A program made the position numbers and the translations under genes. A DNA stretch of 64,000 nt from Fibrobacteria bacterium (lineage in GTDB: Bacteria > Fibrobacterota > Fibrobacteria > UBA11236 > JADFYW01). The notes under the pieces are model-generated. The model was not told the origin of the DNA, searched no databases, and was given only the letters and a program-made list of their open reading frames with translations. Numbering within the stretch: position 1 is the first letter of the stretch; each line of letters opens with the position of its first letter. The stretch spans positions 552,091 to 616,090 of the forward strand of contig JBNKOC010000012.1 of the NCBI GenBank assembly GCA_050294405.1. Direction: 5' to 3'. Below are positions 39,734 to 49,618 of the stretch, piece after piece.

Positions 39734-39889
39734 ATGAAAGATTTGGGTAAGCATAAAAAAAAGCTAAAATACGAAGCACCTAAGGTAGAATCCGAAGCTA
39801 TATACGAGCAAAGTGCCTTGGCTTGCGGTAAATGCTTGACCACCAATACCCATCAAGCAGCCTGCTCCAAATCTCCCACAACCTCTTAA
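39734..39889 (+). CDS. Unannotated 50-aa small ORF, Cys-containing and RiPP-precursor-like: MKDLGKHKKKLKYEAPKVESEAIYEQSALACGKCLTTNTHQAACSKSPTTS
   Basis: Read by hand from the intergenic region between the two giant genes. Lys-rich N-terminal half and a C-terminal half with CxxC...C and Thr/Ser, ending in Ser. There is no strong SD. Confidence 0.3.
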   Translation: MKDLGKHKKKLKYEAPKVESEAIYEQSALACGKCLTTNTHQAACSKSPTTS

Positions 39890-40014
39890 AAATTATTTTA
39901 TAGGACCGTTTTCTGCGTTGTCCTGGGAATTTCTGATTTCGCCTTGAACCGGGCTTTCCTTGTAATTCGCAATTTTTTAAGTTGAGAATAGCTTAGGCTG
40001 TTTGGGGGAAAATA

Positions 40015-41169
40015 TTGATTCGATTTATGCACATTATGGGAGTTATCGGGCTGCTAATGGGAGGCTGTTCTCTTTTTGAATCTGATTCTAAGGCAAAAAA
40101 AACTGAGCTAAAGTTTGAAATGCACTCCATTTTTGTGGATAGTATGGCAGGTTATGCCCGTGCAACTCTTGTGGATATGGACAAAGACGGAGACTTGGAT
40201 TTTGTAACTGGATCGGTAGTAAGAACATACTGGTTTGAATATGTATCTGATTCTGTCTGGAACCCACATTTAATTACTACTCAGTCCAATTCAGATGTGG
40301 GTGGAGTTTCTCTTGATATTGACGGCGATGGCTGGGTAGATCACACAGCAGGTTCTTTATGGTTTAAAAACCCGGGTACGAGCCCCATGGAAAATTTTGA
40401 AAGCTTCAATAGCGGGTGTTTATACCGTACCCATGATATGGAGCAGGGCGACATGGATGGGGATGGGATTGTAGATGTTATTTCTCTGTCTGATCAGGGA
40501 TTAGGGGTTAGTTGGTGTAAATTTTCCAATGGCCCAGAAGAGCCCTGGCAAGTTTATGAAATACTCCCCGTGGATAACAACCGGCAGGAGCACAGCGGCA
40601 TGAATGTGGGGGATATTGATGGTGATGGAGATTTGGATGTGAGCATGGTGACGCGCTGGGTGGAAAATGTGGATGGAAAAGGAGAAAGTTGGCAACCCCA
40701 CGATTTAGAAGGCATGGGAATCAAGGGTATATATGGCTACGGCGGGGAAACAGAAGTCGCGGATTTGGACGGGGACGGTGATAACGATATTGTGGTTACT
40801 GAAGCGGACATTTCAAATGCCAGGGTGGGAGTTTTTGAGAATTTAAATGGGAAGGGCACACAGTGGAACTTAACCATTTTAAAGGACAGCACGGATATTC
40901 AAAATTTTCACTCCTTAAAAATTAGGGATTTTAATAATGATGGCAGGCTTGATATTTTTACCTGCAATCAGAAGCCGGAATCCGGTTATCCCTATTATAT
41001 CTGGTTAAATCTGGGCGGACTAGAATGGGAAGAAAAAATAATTTTCTCAGGAGTAGAGTGCCATGATGCCGTTGCAGGGGACGTGGATGGTGATGGGGAC
41101 ATGGATATAGTATCTAACGGATATGGTTTTCCTGAACACATTTTTTTGGAAAACAAGCTAATTGACTAG
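40015..41169 (+). CDS. FG-GAP/VCBS-repeat lipoprotein (7-blade integrin-alpha-like beta-propeller)
   Basis: Lipobox-like LLMGGCS. Seven Ca-binding-like repeats D-x-D-x-D-G-x-x-D (DMDKDGDLDFV, DIDGDGWVDH, DMDGDGIVDV, DIDGDGDLDV, DLDGDGDNDIV, DFNNDGRLDIF, DVDGDGDMDIV). Confidence 0.65.
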   Translation: MIRFMHIMGVIGLLMGGCSLFESDSKAKKTELKFEMHSIFVDSMAGYARATLVDMDKDGDLDFVTGSVVRTYWFEYVSDSVWNPHLITTQSNSDVGGVSLDIDGDGWVDHTAGSLWFKNPGTSPMENFESFNSGCLYRTHDMEQGDMDGDGIVDVISLSDQGLGVSWCKFSNGPEEPWQVYEILPVDNNRQEHSGMNVGDIDGDGDLDVSMVTRWVENVDGKGESWQPHDLEGMGIKGIYGYGGETEVADLDGDGDNDIVVTEADISNARVGVFENLNGKGTQWNLTILKDSTDIQNFHSLKIRDFNNDGRLDIFTCNQKPESGYPYYIWLNLGGLEWEEKIIFSGVECHDAVAGDVDGDGDMDIVSNGYGFPEHIFLENKLID

Positions 41170-41443
41170 TTAAAATTAGCACTCTGTCTTTCCAAAGCTG
41201 CATTAGCTATCTCCTTGTAAAGGAAATTTAACTTCCCAAATATTTGGAAAAAAACCTGCATTAGCGCCTTTAGAATTCTTTAATGAAGGTTCTTTTGGGT
41301 GGTATAATTATTAAGGGCAAAAAATGGAGGATTAGCCAAAAATTAAGGAAAACTGCTACAGAATTTTGAATTAAACTGAAAGTGGTTTTATTTCAAAATT
41401 GGGGCAATTTTATCATTTTCCAATACTTATGATTTGACATTTG

Positions 41444-44400
41444 ATGCAAGGCTTGTATAAACATTGCAACAGACTTTTCAGCCTATGGATTATCCTGGGC
41501 TGTGGTTTAATGGCCTTGCCTGCGTTTGCCAAATACAAACAATTTATTCTTGGAGATGATTCTCATTTAAACTCGGCAAACTCCGGGGTCAATTATGGTT
41601 CCACCCAATGGCTTTATGTAGGTAAAATTGGTACCGGAGCTAATGCAGATAGAGGTCCCTATAGGCCGGCCATAAAATTCCCAATTGATGATTCGCTTCC
41701 AAGCAATGCCATTATTGACAGTGCGGATATCTATCTATACATGATAGCCCAAAATGGGGCCGCAGATAATATTGCTGTCTATGTGATTCTTCAAAGTTGG
41801 TTGGAAGGAAGTGCGGACGGAACAGCTCAGGACGGATCTGTAACATGGAATTCCAGGCAACACAATGTAAGTACCTGGAATTCAGGAGGGGCTAGCACTA
41901 CAGGAACAGACCGAAATGCCGCAGCAGAAGCTAGCGTTTCTGTAGGCACCATCAATAGTTGGTATACATGGAGAGTGACTTCTGCGGTGCAGGATTGGGT
42001 GGATGGAACCCAAGCTAATAACGGACTTTTGTTTATTGGAACAGAAAACTCCAATCTAAGAAAACAGTTTAATTCCCTTGAAAGCGGTAATGCGGAGCTT
42101 CCCTATTTTGATGTATGGTATCGAGTGTATCCTGTGATTACCGGATTAAGCGGCGCCGCTTCTGCATCTGCAAGCCAGGACGACTCCAGCTATGTATCTG
42201 TATATTACGAGGTGGGAGATAATGATGATTCCTGGGTGGTTGTCACTATGGAATATCAGGTAGGTGGTGCGGGAGGGTGGACCGCCTTAACCAATACCAC
42301 AGGAGACATAGATACTGTGGATGCTAATTCCCAAAATGCAGATAGAACAGTGTTGTGGGATGCCAAGACCCAATTAGGTTCCAGCATTGATGATACATAT
42401 GCCATTCGAATTGTGGCTTCCGATTCGGAAGGAAATGCGGACACAGTAGTAACCTCCTCTTTTTTAATTGATACGGAAGATCCAACTACTTTAGCGAACT
42501 TGGCAGTGGTTGATTCTGGCGTGGCCAGTGCGGATTTGCAGTGGACCGCTGCTGTGGAAAGCCATTTTAGCCATTACGAAATTTGGTATGGCACAGATAA
42601 GGATGCTGTGAATGACAGAAGTGTGAGCGCCTTTCGCTGGAGCACAGATGAAGACGCTACGATGTCCACTATTTCTACCACCAGTGCAACGGTGTTGTTA
42701 TTGGAATATTTGACCAAATATTATTTTAAAATGTGGGCCCTGGATAGCGCTGGCAATGAATACGCTTCAAACATTGACAGTATGACCACTCTTACAACTA
42801 CGGCGCCCCTTGTAACAGGCTGGGATCCTTCCTCCAAGCCTAATGTTTTGCAATATAATACAGATAGTGCGTATGTGGGCTATGAAATTTGGGATGCGGA
42901 CGATTCCACTTTGCAGGTGGAATTCGAAATGCGCTGGAAAGATGAAGCTAGTTGGCGTAACTGGACGACCATGTCAGCCTATGTAAATGGCGACACTGGG
43001 TATGTCGCGGTGGATATTGTTAAGGATCAAACAATATATTGGGATGTAAGGGGACAATTTGGCTCCATAGATTCCACAGCGTTTGTGAGAATTATTGTAA
43101 CGGACTCGGCAAACAATAAGGATACGGCAACATCGGTAGAGTTTATAATTGATACAGAGGCTCCGACGTTCTCACCAACTTTATCTTCCCCTTCTAAAAC
43201 GGCATCCACCGTGGATTTACAGTGGTCAGCTACAGCAAGCGATACTCATTTTAATCATTATGAAATATGGTATGGAACCAGCCAGGCTAATGTTCAAAGC
43301 CGAAGCAATGCCGCGGAGTGGGATGAGGATAATGACGCTGCGCTTACCACTGCGTCCACCACCAGCACCTCCATTTACGGTCTTCTAGCTAATACCACCT
43401 ATTATTTTAAAATTTGGGCTGTGGATGACTATGGGAACGAAACTACAGTTGTTGATATTAATGTAACTACGGACGCCACCGCCACCACCCAGCTAACAGA
43501 TGTATCTGACAACATGATGGAAGATGATAATCCGAATTTTAACTACGGAGGAGATGCCACCCACGGAGGAGCCACCGCAGGAAAAGTGGGCTCTGGCGGG
43601 GGCGGGTACTTGCAACGCACCCTTGTTAAAATAAATAATATTAGCGATGTTCCCGCCGGGGCAACCATAGTGTCAGCTACCTTTAATGCCTATGCGGCAA
43701 CTGTGGGATCCACAAATGGCTATAATATTGGCATGTACCGGGTGCTTCGGGATTGGAACGAAGGGACCGCAACCGGAGTGGATCAGGCAAATCAAAGCAA
43801 CTGGAATGACTATGCTGACGAAAATAACTGGACTACAGCCGGGGCAAGCAGTACTGGAAATGATATAACAACTGTAATCACCAGCACCACAGTTAGTACT
43901 GTAGGTTGGTATTCTTGGGATATAACTGCGGATTTTGCAGCCTGGCACAATGGCACTAACCCAAATTACGGGATGTTGTTTATGTCCGCTTCCGAGGGGA
44001 CAAATGATTCCTATAAAAATTTTAATTCCGCAGAGGGGGCGAATGTGCCCTATGTGGATGTTACCTATGTTATGGAACCCCCTCAGGTTTCCGGACTTAG
44101 CGATACCACTCTTATTACAGCCTATCAAAACAATGCAGATACTGCTATTGTTAAATATGAATTATCCGATCCAAATGATTTAACAGCCACCGTTAGCTTG
44201 CAGTACAAACTAAGCGGTGGAAGTTGGACCAGTACCTCCAATACATCTGGAGATATTGGTGCTGGAATTCCTGCTGACAATGAATTTGCTGACAGAACCA
44301 TTTACTGGGATGTCCGAACAAATTTGGGAATCGGAGTAGACGGAACCTATAAGTTGAGAGTCATTGCCAATGATGGAACATTGGCTGACACTACTGAAAG

Positions 44401-47116
44401 TAATTGGATAGGCCTTGACACAAAAGACCCGCTTGGGTTGGCTAATTTCGTAGTGGCGGATTCTTTTAGTTATTCCATGGATTTTAATTGGACGGCAGTT
44501 ACAACAGAAGGACATTTCAGCCATTATGAAATTTGGTATGGTTCCAATAAAACAGACGTGTCGAATCGTTCCGGAACAGCTCAGGAATGGGATGGTGATA
44601 ATAATAATGGAATGAACACAGCCTCTACCAATACTATGATTATTACGGGACTTAGCTCCTCCACTAAATACTATTTTAAAATTTGGGTAGTGGATTCCAT
44701 GACCAACGAAGCCACCACAGGGATGGATAGCGCTACAACTTTAGACGATCCTATTCCAACAGTTACCGGGTGGTCTCAGGCAAGTGTGGTGAATGCCAGT
44801 CAAATTAATCCTGATACAGTACAAGTGGGATATCAGGTGGTGGATATTGATGACTCTCTTGCGGTATGCGGATTGCAGTACACAGCTACATCTCCAATAT
44901 CCTGGGCGAATGCGACCACAGTTACAGGTGATGTGGATACGGTGGTTACAGGCGTTTCTTATAATGATACCATATATTGGAACGCATTAACGGATTTAGG
45001 CGCTGGAATTGATGCCAGCTACTATGTTCGCGTCCATTGCGTGGACGATACCAGTTTTGCGGATACCACCCAATCCGCCAGCTTTTCCATTGATTTTGTA
45101 TCTCCTGTGGGTTTAGCTTCTCTAACCGCAGGGACAACGGATGCAACAAGTTCAGGTTTGTCCTGGACATCGGTGTCTACGGAATCCCACTTTAGCCATT
45201 ATGAAATATGGTATGGGACCAACCAGTCGGATGTGCAAAATAGAACAGGCACGGCCCTGGAGTGGACTGTAACAGAGGACGCTACTCTGGCCGCTCAGGC
45301 AACAGATACTACTACTGTTACCTCTTTGGTGCCAAATTCCACTTACTATTTTAAAATTTGGGCTGTGGATTCTGCGGGAAATGAAACCACAGTAGCTGAT
45401 GTTAATGTAGCAACATCGGCAACCAATGATCCGGTTGTCACAGGTCCCTCCAATGCACCAAAAATTGCCGCTACCCAATACTCCACCAGCGATGTTAGGA
45501 TTCGCTACGAGGTGGATGATGCCGATGACGCCAGTGTGACGGTTTCTGCGGAATATTTTTTATATGCGGGATCGGGCTGGACTTCTTTAACAAATACATC
45601 GGGGGATATTGGCTCTGTAACAACATCTCCCACAAATCAAGACACCATAATATGGACCGCGGCCACTCAATTGGGAAGCATTGATTCGGTTTATCAAATA
45701 AGAGTGATAGCTACAGATGGAGGTGTTTTAGATACTTTGGCCAGCGATACCTTTGCCATTGATACCAAAGCCCCATCCGGTTTGGCTTCTTTTTCAGCCA
45801 CAGATACAACGGGGGTTAGTATTAGCTTGGGATGGACTGCAGCCACAGATAGAAACTTCAGCAACTATGAAATTTGGTACGGGACAAATCAAACTGATGT
45901 GCAAAACAGAACGGGAACTGCAACAGAATGGGATGGTGCTGATGATGGGAACCTAAATTCAGCCACTACCTCGGCTACTACAATAACAAGTCTTTCCATC
46001 GGAACTTCCTATTATTTTAAGATTTGGGCTTTGGATAACATTGGCAACGAGAGCACATTGGCCGATATTAATGTAAGTACCAAATCACAAGTGGCAGCAA
46101 ATTGGAGTAAAACTTCCATTGGAGAGGTTAAGGGAGGGGCGGTAGGTTTATCCAGGTTATATGTTACTGTGGGAAGTCCCAACTTTAGGCTAATTAGCTA
46201 TAATTTGTCCACAGGTGCCCAAAGTTGGTTTTTCTCAACGGTGGCCTATGGCGCGGCCAATCGACCTAGCTACATATATTCCGGTGGGGTGTACAAAATA
46301 TTGCTATCGGCTGGTAATTTTTTAATTGGGCGGCAGGATAACGTAACCTCATCTTCGGCGCTATTCACTACTATAGATTTTGGCACCACGGTGGGGGTTC
46401 CTTATGCGAGCCCGGATGATTCCACTTTTTATGTTACTTATACAAATGCCATTACCAGAAGAATGATTTCCGGGGGAAGCGTTGTGTCGGGATGGCCCCA
46501 GACGCTATCAAATGTGAGTACTAATGCCGACCCGGTGGTGGAGAATGATGCTATTTATGTGGCTACAACAAGTGGCATGGTGTATAGCTATGATGTAGAT
46601 GGAACACAAGGGCCTTCTTTCAATGCTGGGGCTAATGTATCTCAACCCATGGTGGCTGGAGATGGCATACTGTACATTGCCCCCAACAGCGCTAATTTAT
46701 ATGCGGTGAATGCCTCTACCATGAGTGCAGTGTGGACACCATCAGCGGTAAGCCTGGATGCTTCTAATACGGGAGCCCCCTACGTGGATAAAGATTTAGC
46801 GGCCATATATGTGGCCGTGGGAAATAAAGTTCAAAAAATTAACAATAATGGAGCCACCGCCAGTGTGGAGTGGACTTTTGATGCGGGTGACAATATCAGC
46901 TCAAGCCCGGTGGTCAAAAATGGAGTGGTATATTTTGGTAGGGACAATGGCAGATACTATGCCATAAATGATGCGGCTACACCCACAGCTGTAACCAATT
47001 GGCCCTATGCAGATATTAGCGGTGACGCGGATATGGGACCATGGATTGATGTCACCAACAACCAGGTGATTTTTGGCACAAGCGGCCAGAACCTCGATGC
47101 CTTTAATTTGGAATAG
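41444..47116 (+). CDS. Giant cell-surface protein, paralogue of 33992..39682 (DNRLRE-like + Ig/FN3-like modules + C-terminal PQQ-like propeller)
   Basis: Signal peptide ...LFSLWIILGCGLMALPAFA. Same module order and signature strings as the other giant (SHYEIWYGT..., YYFKIWA.D..GNE). The C-terminus ...NQVIFGTSGQNLDAFNLE parallels ...GRVIFGTDNENIDSFTQE. Confidence 0.7.
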   Translation: MQGLYKHCNRLFSLWIILGCGLMALPAFAKYKQFILGDDSHLNSANSGVNYGSTQWLYVGKIGTGANADRGPYRPAIKFPIDDSLPSNAIIDSADIYLYMIAQNGAADNIAVYVILQSWLEGSADGTAQDGSVTWNSRQHNVSTWNSGGASTTGTDRNAAAEASVSVGTINSWYTWRVTSAVQDWVDGTQANNGLLFIGTENSNLRKQFNSLESGNAELPYFDVWYRVYPVITGLSGAASASASQDDSSYVSVYYEVGDNDDSWVVVTMEYQVGGAGGWTALTNTTGDIDTVDANSQNADRTVLWDAKTQLGSSIDDTYAIRIVASDSEGNADTVVTSSFLIDTEDPTTLANLAVVDSGVASADLQWTAAVESHFSHYEIWYGTDKDAVNDRSVSAFRWSTDEDATMSTISTTSATVLLLEYLTKYYFKMWALDSAGNEYASNIDSMTTLTTTAPLVTGWDPSSKPNVLQYNTDSAYVGYEIWDADDSTLQVEFEMRWKDEASWRNWTTMSAYVNGDTGYVAVDIVKDQTIYWDVRGQFGSIDSTAFVRIIVTDSANNKDTATSVEFIIDTEAPTFSPTLSSPSKTASTVDLQWSATASDTHFNHYEIWYGTSQANVQSRSNAAEWDEDNDAALTTASTTSTSIYGLLANTTYYFKIWAVDDYGNETTVVDINVTTDATATTQLTDVSDNMMEDDNPNFNYGGDATHGGATAGKVGSGGGGYLQRTLVKINNISDVPAGATIVSATFNAYAATVGSTNGYNIGMYRVLRDWNEGTATGVDQANQSNWNDYADENNWTTAGASSTGNDITTVITSTTVSTVGWYSWDITADFAAWHNGTNPNYGMLFMSASEGTNDSYKNFNSAEGANVPYVDVTYVMEPPQVSGLSDTTLITAYQNNADTAIVKYELSDPNDLTATVSLQYKLSGGSWTSTSNTSGDIGAGIPADNEFADRTIYWDVRTNLGIGVDGTYKLRVIANDGTLADTTESNWIGLDTKDPLGLANFVVADSFSYSMDFNWTAVTTEGHFSHYEIWYGSNKTDVSNRSGTAQEWDGDNNNGMNTASTNTMIITGLSSSTKYYFKIWVVDSMTNEATTGMDSATTLDDPIPTVTGWSQASVVNASQINPDTVQVGYQVVDIDDSLAVCGLQYTATSPISWANATTVTGDVDTVVTGVSYNDTIYWNALTDLGAGIDASYYVRVHCVDDTSFADTTQSASFSIDFVSPVGLASLTAGTTDATSSGLSWTSVSTESHFSHYEIWYGTNQSDVQNRTGTALEWTVTEDATLAAQATDTTTVTSLVPNSTYYFKIWAVDSAGNETTVADVNVATSATNDPVVTGPSNAPKIAATQYSTSDVRIRYEVDDADDASVTVSAEYFLYAGSGWTSLTNTSGDIGSVTTSPTNQDTIIWTAATQLGSIDSVYQIRVIATDGGVLDTLASDTFAIDTKAPSGLASFSATDTTGVSISLGWTAATDRNFSNYEIWYGTNQTDVQNRTGTATEWDGADDGNLNSATTSATTITSLSIGTSYYFKIWALDNIGNESTLADINVSTKSQVAANWSKTSIGEVKGGAVGLSRLYVTVGSPNFRLISYNLSTGAQSWFFSTVAYGAANRPSYIYSGGVYKILLSAGNFLIGRQDNVTSSSALFTTIDFGTTVGVPYASPDDSTFYVTYTNAITRRMISGGSVVSGWPQTLSNVSTNADPVVENDAIYVATTSGMVYSYDVDGTQGPSFNAGANVSQPMVAGDGILYIAPNSANLYAVNASTMSAVWTPSAVSLDASNTGAPYVDKDLAAIYVAVGNKVQKINNNGATASVEWTFDAGDNISSSPVVKNGVVYFGRDNGRYYAINDAATPTAVTNWPYADISGDADMGPWIDVTNNQVIFGTSGQNLDAFNLE

Positions 47117-47317
47117 TCTTATCTCTAAAAATATTTGTAAATCCAGTTTTATGGGTTTTAAAAAAATTGGCCTTGAATACTAAAAGAGCCATTTATTAGC
47201 AATTTTCCGCTAAAAATTCTCATTAGGGGAAGAGTTCTTTATCCCTGCTTTGCTATTTTGTAAAAAATAAGCAAATTTTACTTTTAATCAGAAAATGGAA
47301 AAAGGCAGTAGGTTATA

Positions 47318-48514
47318 ATGAGCCCAGAAGAGCAGCTAGAGATTTTAAAACGCGGTGTGGTGGAAATCGTATCCGAAGAAGAACTTTTAAATAAACTTAA
47401 AAAAAATAAGCCCCTTAACATAAAACTGGGTGTGGACCCAACTGCCCCAGATGTACATTTGGGGTTTACAGTTGTCATGCGCAAGCTGCGGGCTTTTCAG
47501 GATTTGGGGCATCAGGTTATTTTGATTGTGGGGGATTATACCGCCACTGTTGGAGACCCTTCTGGTAAAAACAAAACCCGTCCCATGTTAACCCATCAGG
47601 AAGTTTTAGATCATGCCAAAACCTATCAGGAACAATTTTTTAAAATTGTGGATAGAGCTAAAACCAAGGTGGTTTATAATGGGGAGTGGTTTGGTAAACT
47701 GAGTTTTGCAGAAACCACTAAATTAATGTCCCAAATTACTGTGGCCCAAATGCTGGAGCGAGAGGATTTCCAAAACAGGTATAAGGGAGGTCAACCCATA
47801 AGCCTCCATGAATTTTTGTATCCCATGATGCAGGGTTACGATTCTGTGATGATTGAAGCCGATGTGGAACTGGGCGGCACTGACCAAAAATTTAATGTGC
47901 TTCGCGGACGTGAGCTCCAAAAAAATGCAGGCCAAGAGGCGCAAGTAGGTTTGTTTATGCCAATTCTTTTAGGCACCGATGGCCAGGAAAAAATGAGTAA
48001 AAGCCTGGGGAATTATATAGGTATCAACGAGCCTGCACAAACCATGTATCACAAGCTTTACAATTTGCCAGATTCGCTGGTCACCGAGTATTTCACTCTT
48101 CTAACCGATGTATCTATTGCAGAAATAAACGATTATAAAACAGGATTGGAAAATGGAAGTCTAAATCCCATAGAGCTAAAAACAAAACTAGCATTAAATA
48201 TTGTTTCGCAATATCACGGAGAAAAGGCAGCGCAAGAAGCTGCCGAAGCAGAAAAGAAAATTCACAGCGGTGAAATTTTGCCCGATGATATTCCGGTACT
48301 AAAAATTGCCTCTGGAGAGCACTGGATACCTGCTCTAATGACGGAAGGGAAACTGTTCAGCTCAAATGGAGAAGGGCGTCGCATGATTCAAAACGGAGGC
48401 GTGGTTGTGGATGGGGAGAAAATATCAGATCCCAAAGCACAACTCAGGGTTAGTTCTGAGCATGTTATTAAAGTTGGAAAGAGAAAATTTTTAAAAGTAG
48501 TGGCCAGCAATTAA
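47318..48514 (+). CDS. tyrS: Tyrosyl-tRNA synthetase
   Basis: HIGH-region equivalent (...[15 protein letters not shown]...), KMSKS motif (EKMSKSLGN), C-terminal S4-like domain. Confidence 0.9.
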   Translation: MSPEEQLEILKRGVVEIVSEEELLNKLKKNKPLNIKLGVDPTAPDVHLGFTVVMRKLRAFQDLGHQVILIVGDYTATVGDPSGKNKTRPMLTHQEVLDHAKTYQEQFFKIVDRAKTKVVYNGEWFGKLSFAETTKLMSQITVAQMLEREDFQNRYKGGQPISLHEFLYPMMQGYDSVMIEADVELGGTDQKFNVLRGRELQKNAGQEAQVGLFMPILLGTDGQEKMSKSLGNYIGINEPAQTMYHKLYNLPDSLVTEYFTLLTDVSIAEINDYKTGLENGSLNPIELKTKLALNIVSQYHGEKAAQEAAEAEKKIHSGEILPDDIPVLKIASGEHWIPALMTEGKLFSSNGEGRRMIQNGGVVVDGEKISDPKAQLRVSSEHVIKVGKRKFLKVVASN

Positions 48515-48522
48515 CCCTAAAT

Positions 48523-48963
48523 ATGACCACTGGCGCTAAAAAATCGGATATGAATTGGACTATATTGTTTATTTGCTGGCTTTTCGCCAGCGTCTCTGTA
48601 GCAGGCTCTGTTTTTTTTAGCGAAGTCCTAAAATTTCCGCCCTGTAAACTATGTTGGTATCAAAGGATTTGCTTATTTCCTCTGGTGCCTATTTTGTTAG
48701 CGGCTTTATTTCCATTTAACAAAAGCGTAGTTAAATTTTCTTTGCCGTTGGCCATAATAGGGTGGCTTATCGCTGTGTATCATAATTTGCTATACATTGG
48801 CATTATTCCCAAATCCTTACAGCCCTGCGGTAAAGATTTATCTTGTACGGATGTTCAATTAAATGTTTTTGGTTTTATTACCATACCTTTACTTTCGCTA
48901 CTTGCTTTCAGCCTGATTGTAGGGCTTTTGGTTTGGCTTCAAAGGAGACTTAAAAATGAATAA
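48523..48963 (+). CDS. Disulfide bond formation protein B family (DsbB/BdbC-like)
   Basis: Four TM segments; CKLCWYQR (CxxC) in the first periplasmic loop and a second Cys pair LQPCGKDLSC. Confidence 0.6.
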   Translation: MTTGAKKSDMNWTILFICWLFASVSVAGSVFFSEVLKFPPCKLCWYQRICLFPLVPILLAALFPFNKSVVKFSLPLAIIGWLIAVYHNLLYIGIIPKSLQPCGKDLSCTDVQLNVFGFITIPLLSLLAFSLIVGLLVWLQRRLKNE

Positions 48964-49609
48964 GTTGATAATTGTGGTGGGTTCAATTCTGGTTATTGTA
49001 CTTGCTTTTTTAATAGGGGGTTTTTTCTATAAAAAAAGTGTGGTGGAAAGCGTTTCCAATTTAGGGGAGGCGAATGCAGCTCCTTTTGTAAGGGAATATT
49101 CTCAAACCTTAGGAGATCCTAATGCCAAAGTAATTTTAGTGGAGTTTTTTGATCCTGCCTGCGAAACCTGTGCGGCCTTTTATCCCTTTGTAAAAAAAAT
49201 GATGTCTCAGAATCCAGGCAAAATCAGGCTTGTTGTTCGCTATGCCCCTTTTCATAAAGGAGCTGATTATTTCGTTAAGATTCTGGAAGCAGCCCGCAAA
49301 CAAAATTTGTATTGGGAAACATTGGAGACCATGTATAAAACCCAGCAGTTCTGGGCTAGTCACCACAATCCAAGGCCAGAATTGATTTGGCAATTCCTTC
49401 AGGCCACCAAATTAGATTTGGACCAGATTAAAACAGATATGGAGGATCCGGGTATCGCAAAAATTCTGGAGACGGACCTTGGAGATGCGGACTCCCTTAA
49501 TGTTACTAAAACTCCGGGATTTTTTGTAAATGGGAAACCCCTTGTTGAATTTGGTTACGGAAATTTGCGAAATCTAATAGAATCAGAAGTCGCAGCCCAA
49601 TACCCCTAA
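48956..49609 (+). CDS. DsbA-like thioredoxin-fold thiol:disulfide oxidoreductase (membrane-anchored)
   Basis: N-terminal TM segment; FFDPACETCAAFYP (CxxC active site). Overlaps the dsbB-like gene by 8 nt (operon). Confidence 0.65.
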   Translation: MNKLIIVVGSILVIVLAFLIGGFFYKKSVVESVSNLGEANAAPFVREYSQTLGDPNAKVILVEFFDPACETCAAFYPFVKKMMSQNPGKIRLVVRYAPFHKGADYFVKILEAARKQNLYWETLETMYKTQQFWASHHNPRPELIWQFLQATKLDLDQIKTDMEDPGIAKILETDLGDADSLNVTKTPGFFVNGKPLVEFGYGNLRNLIESEVAAQYP

Positions 49610-49618
49610 GGGGAAATA

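Noticed and set aside
41431-41460. TTGACA-N16-TATAAA promoter-like hexamers at the start of the second giant gene
   Set aside because: They overlap the predicted start codon and signal-peptide coding region. A TATAAT box about 140 nt upstream (around 41300) is the more plausible promoter.
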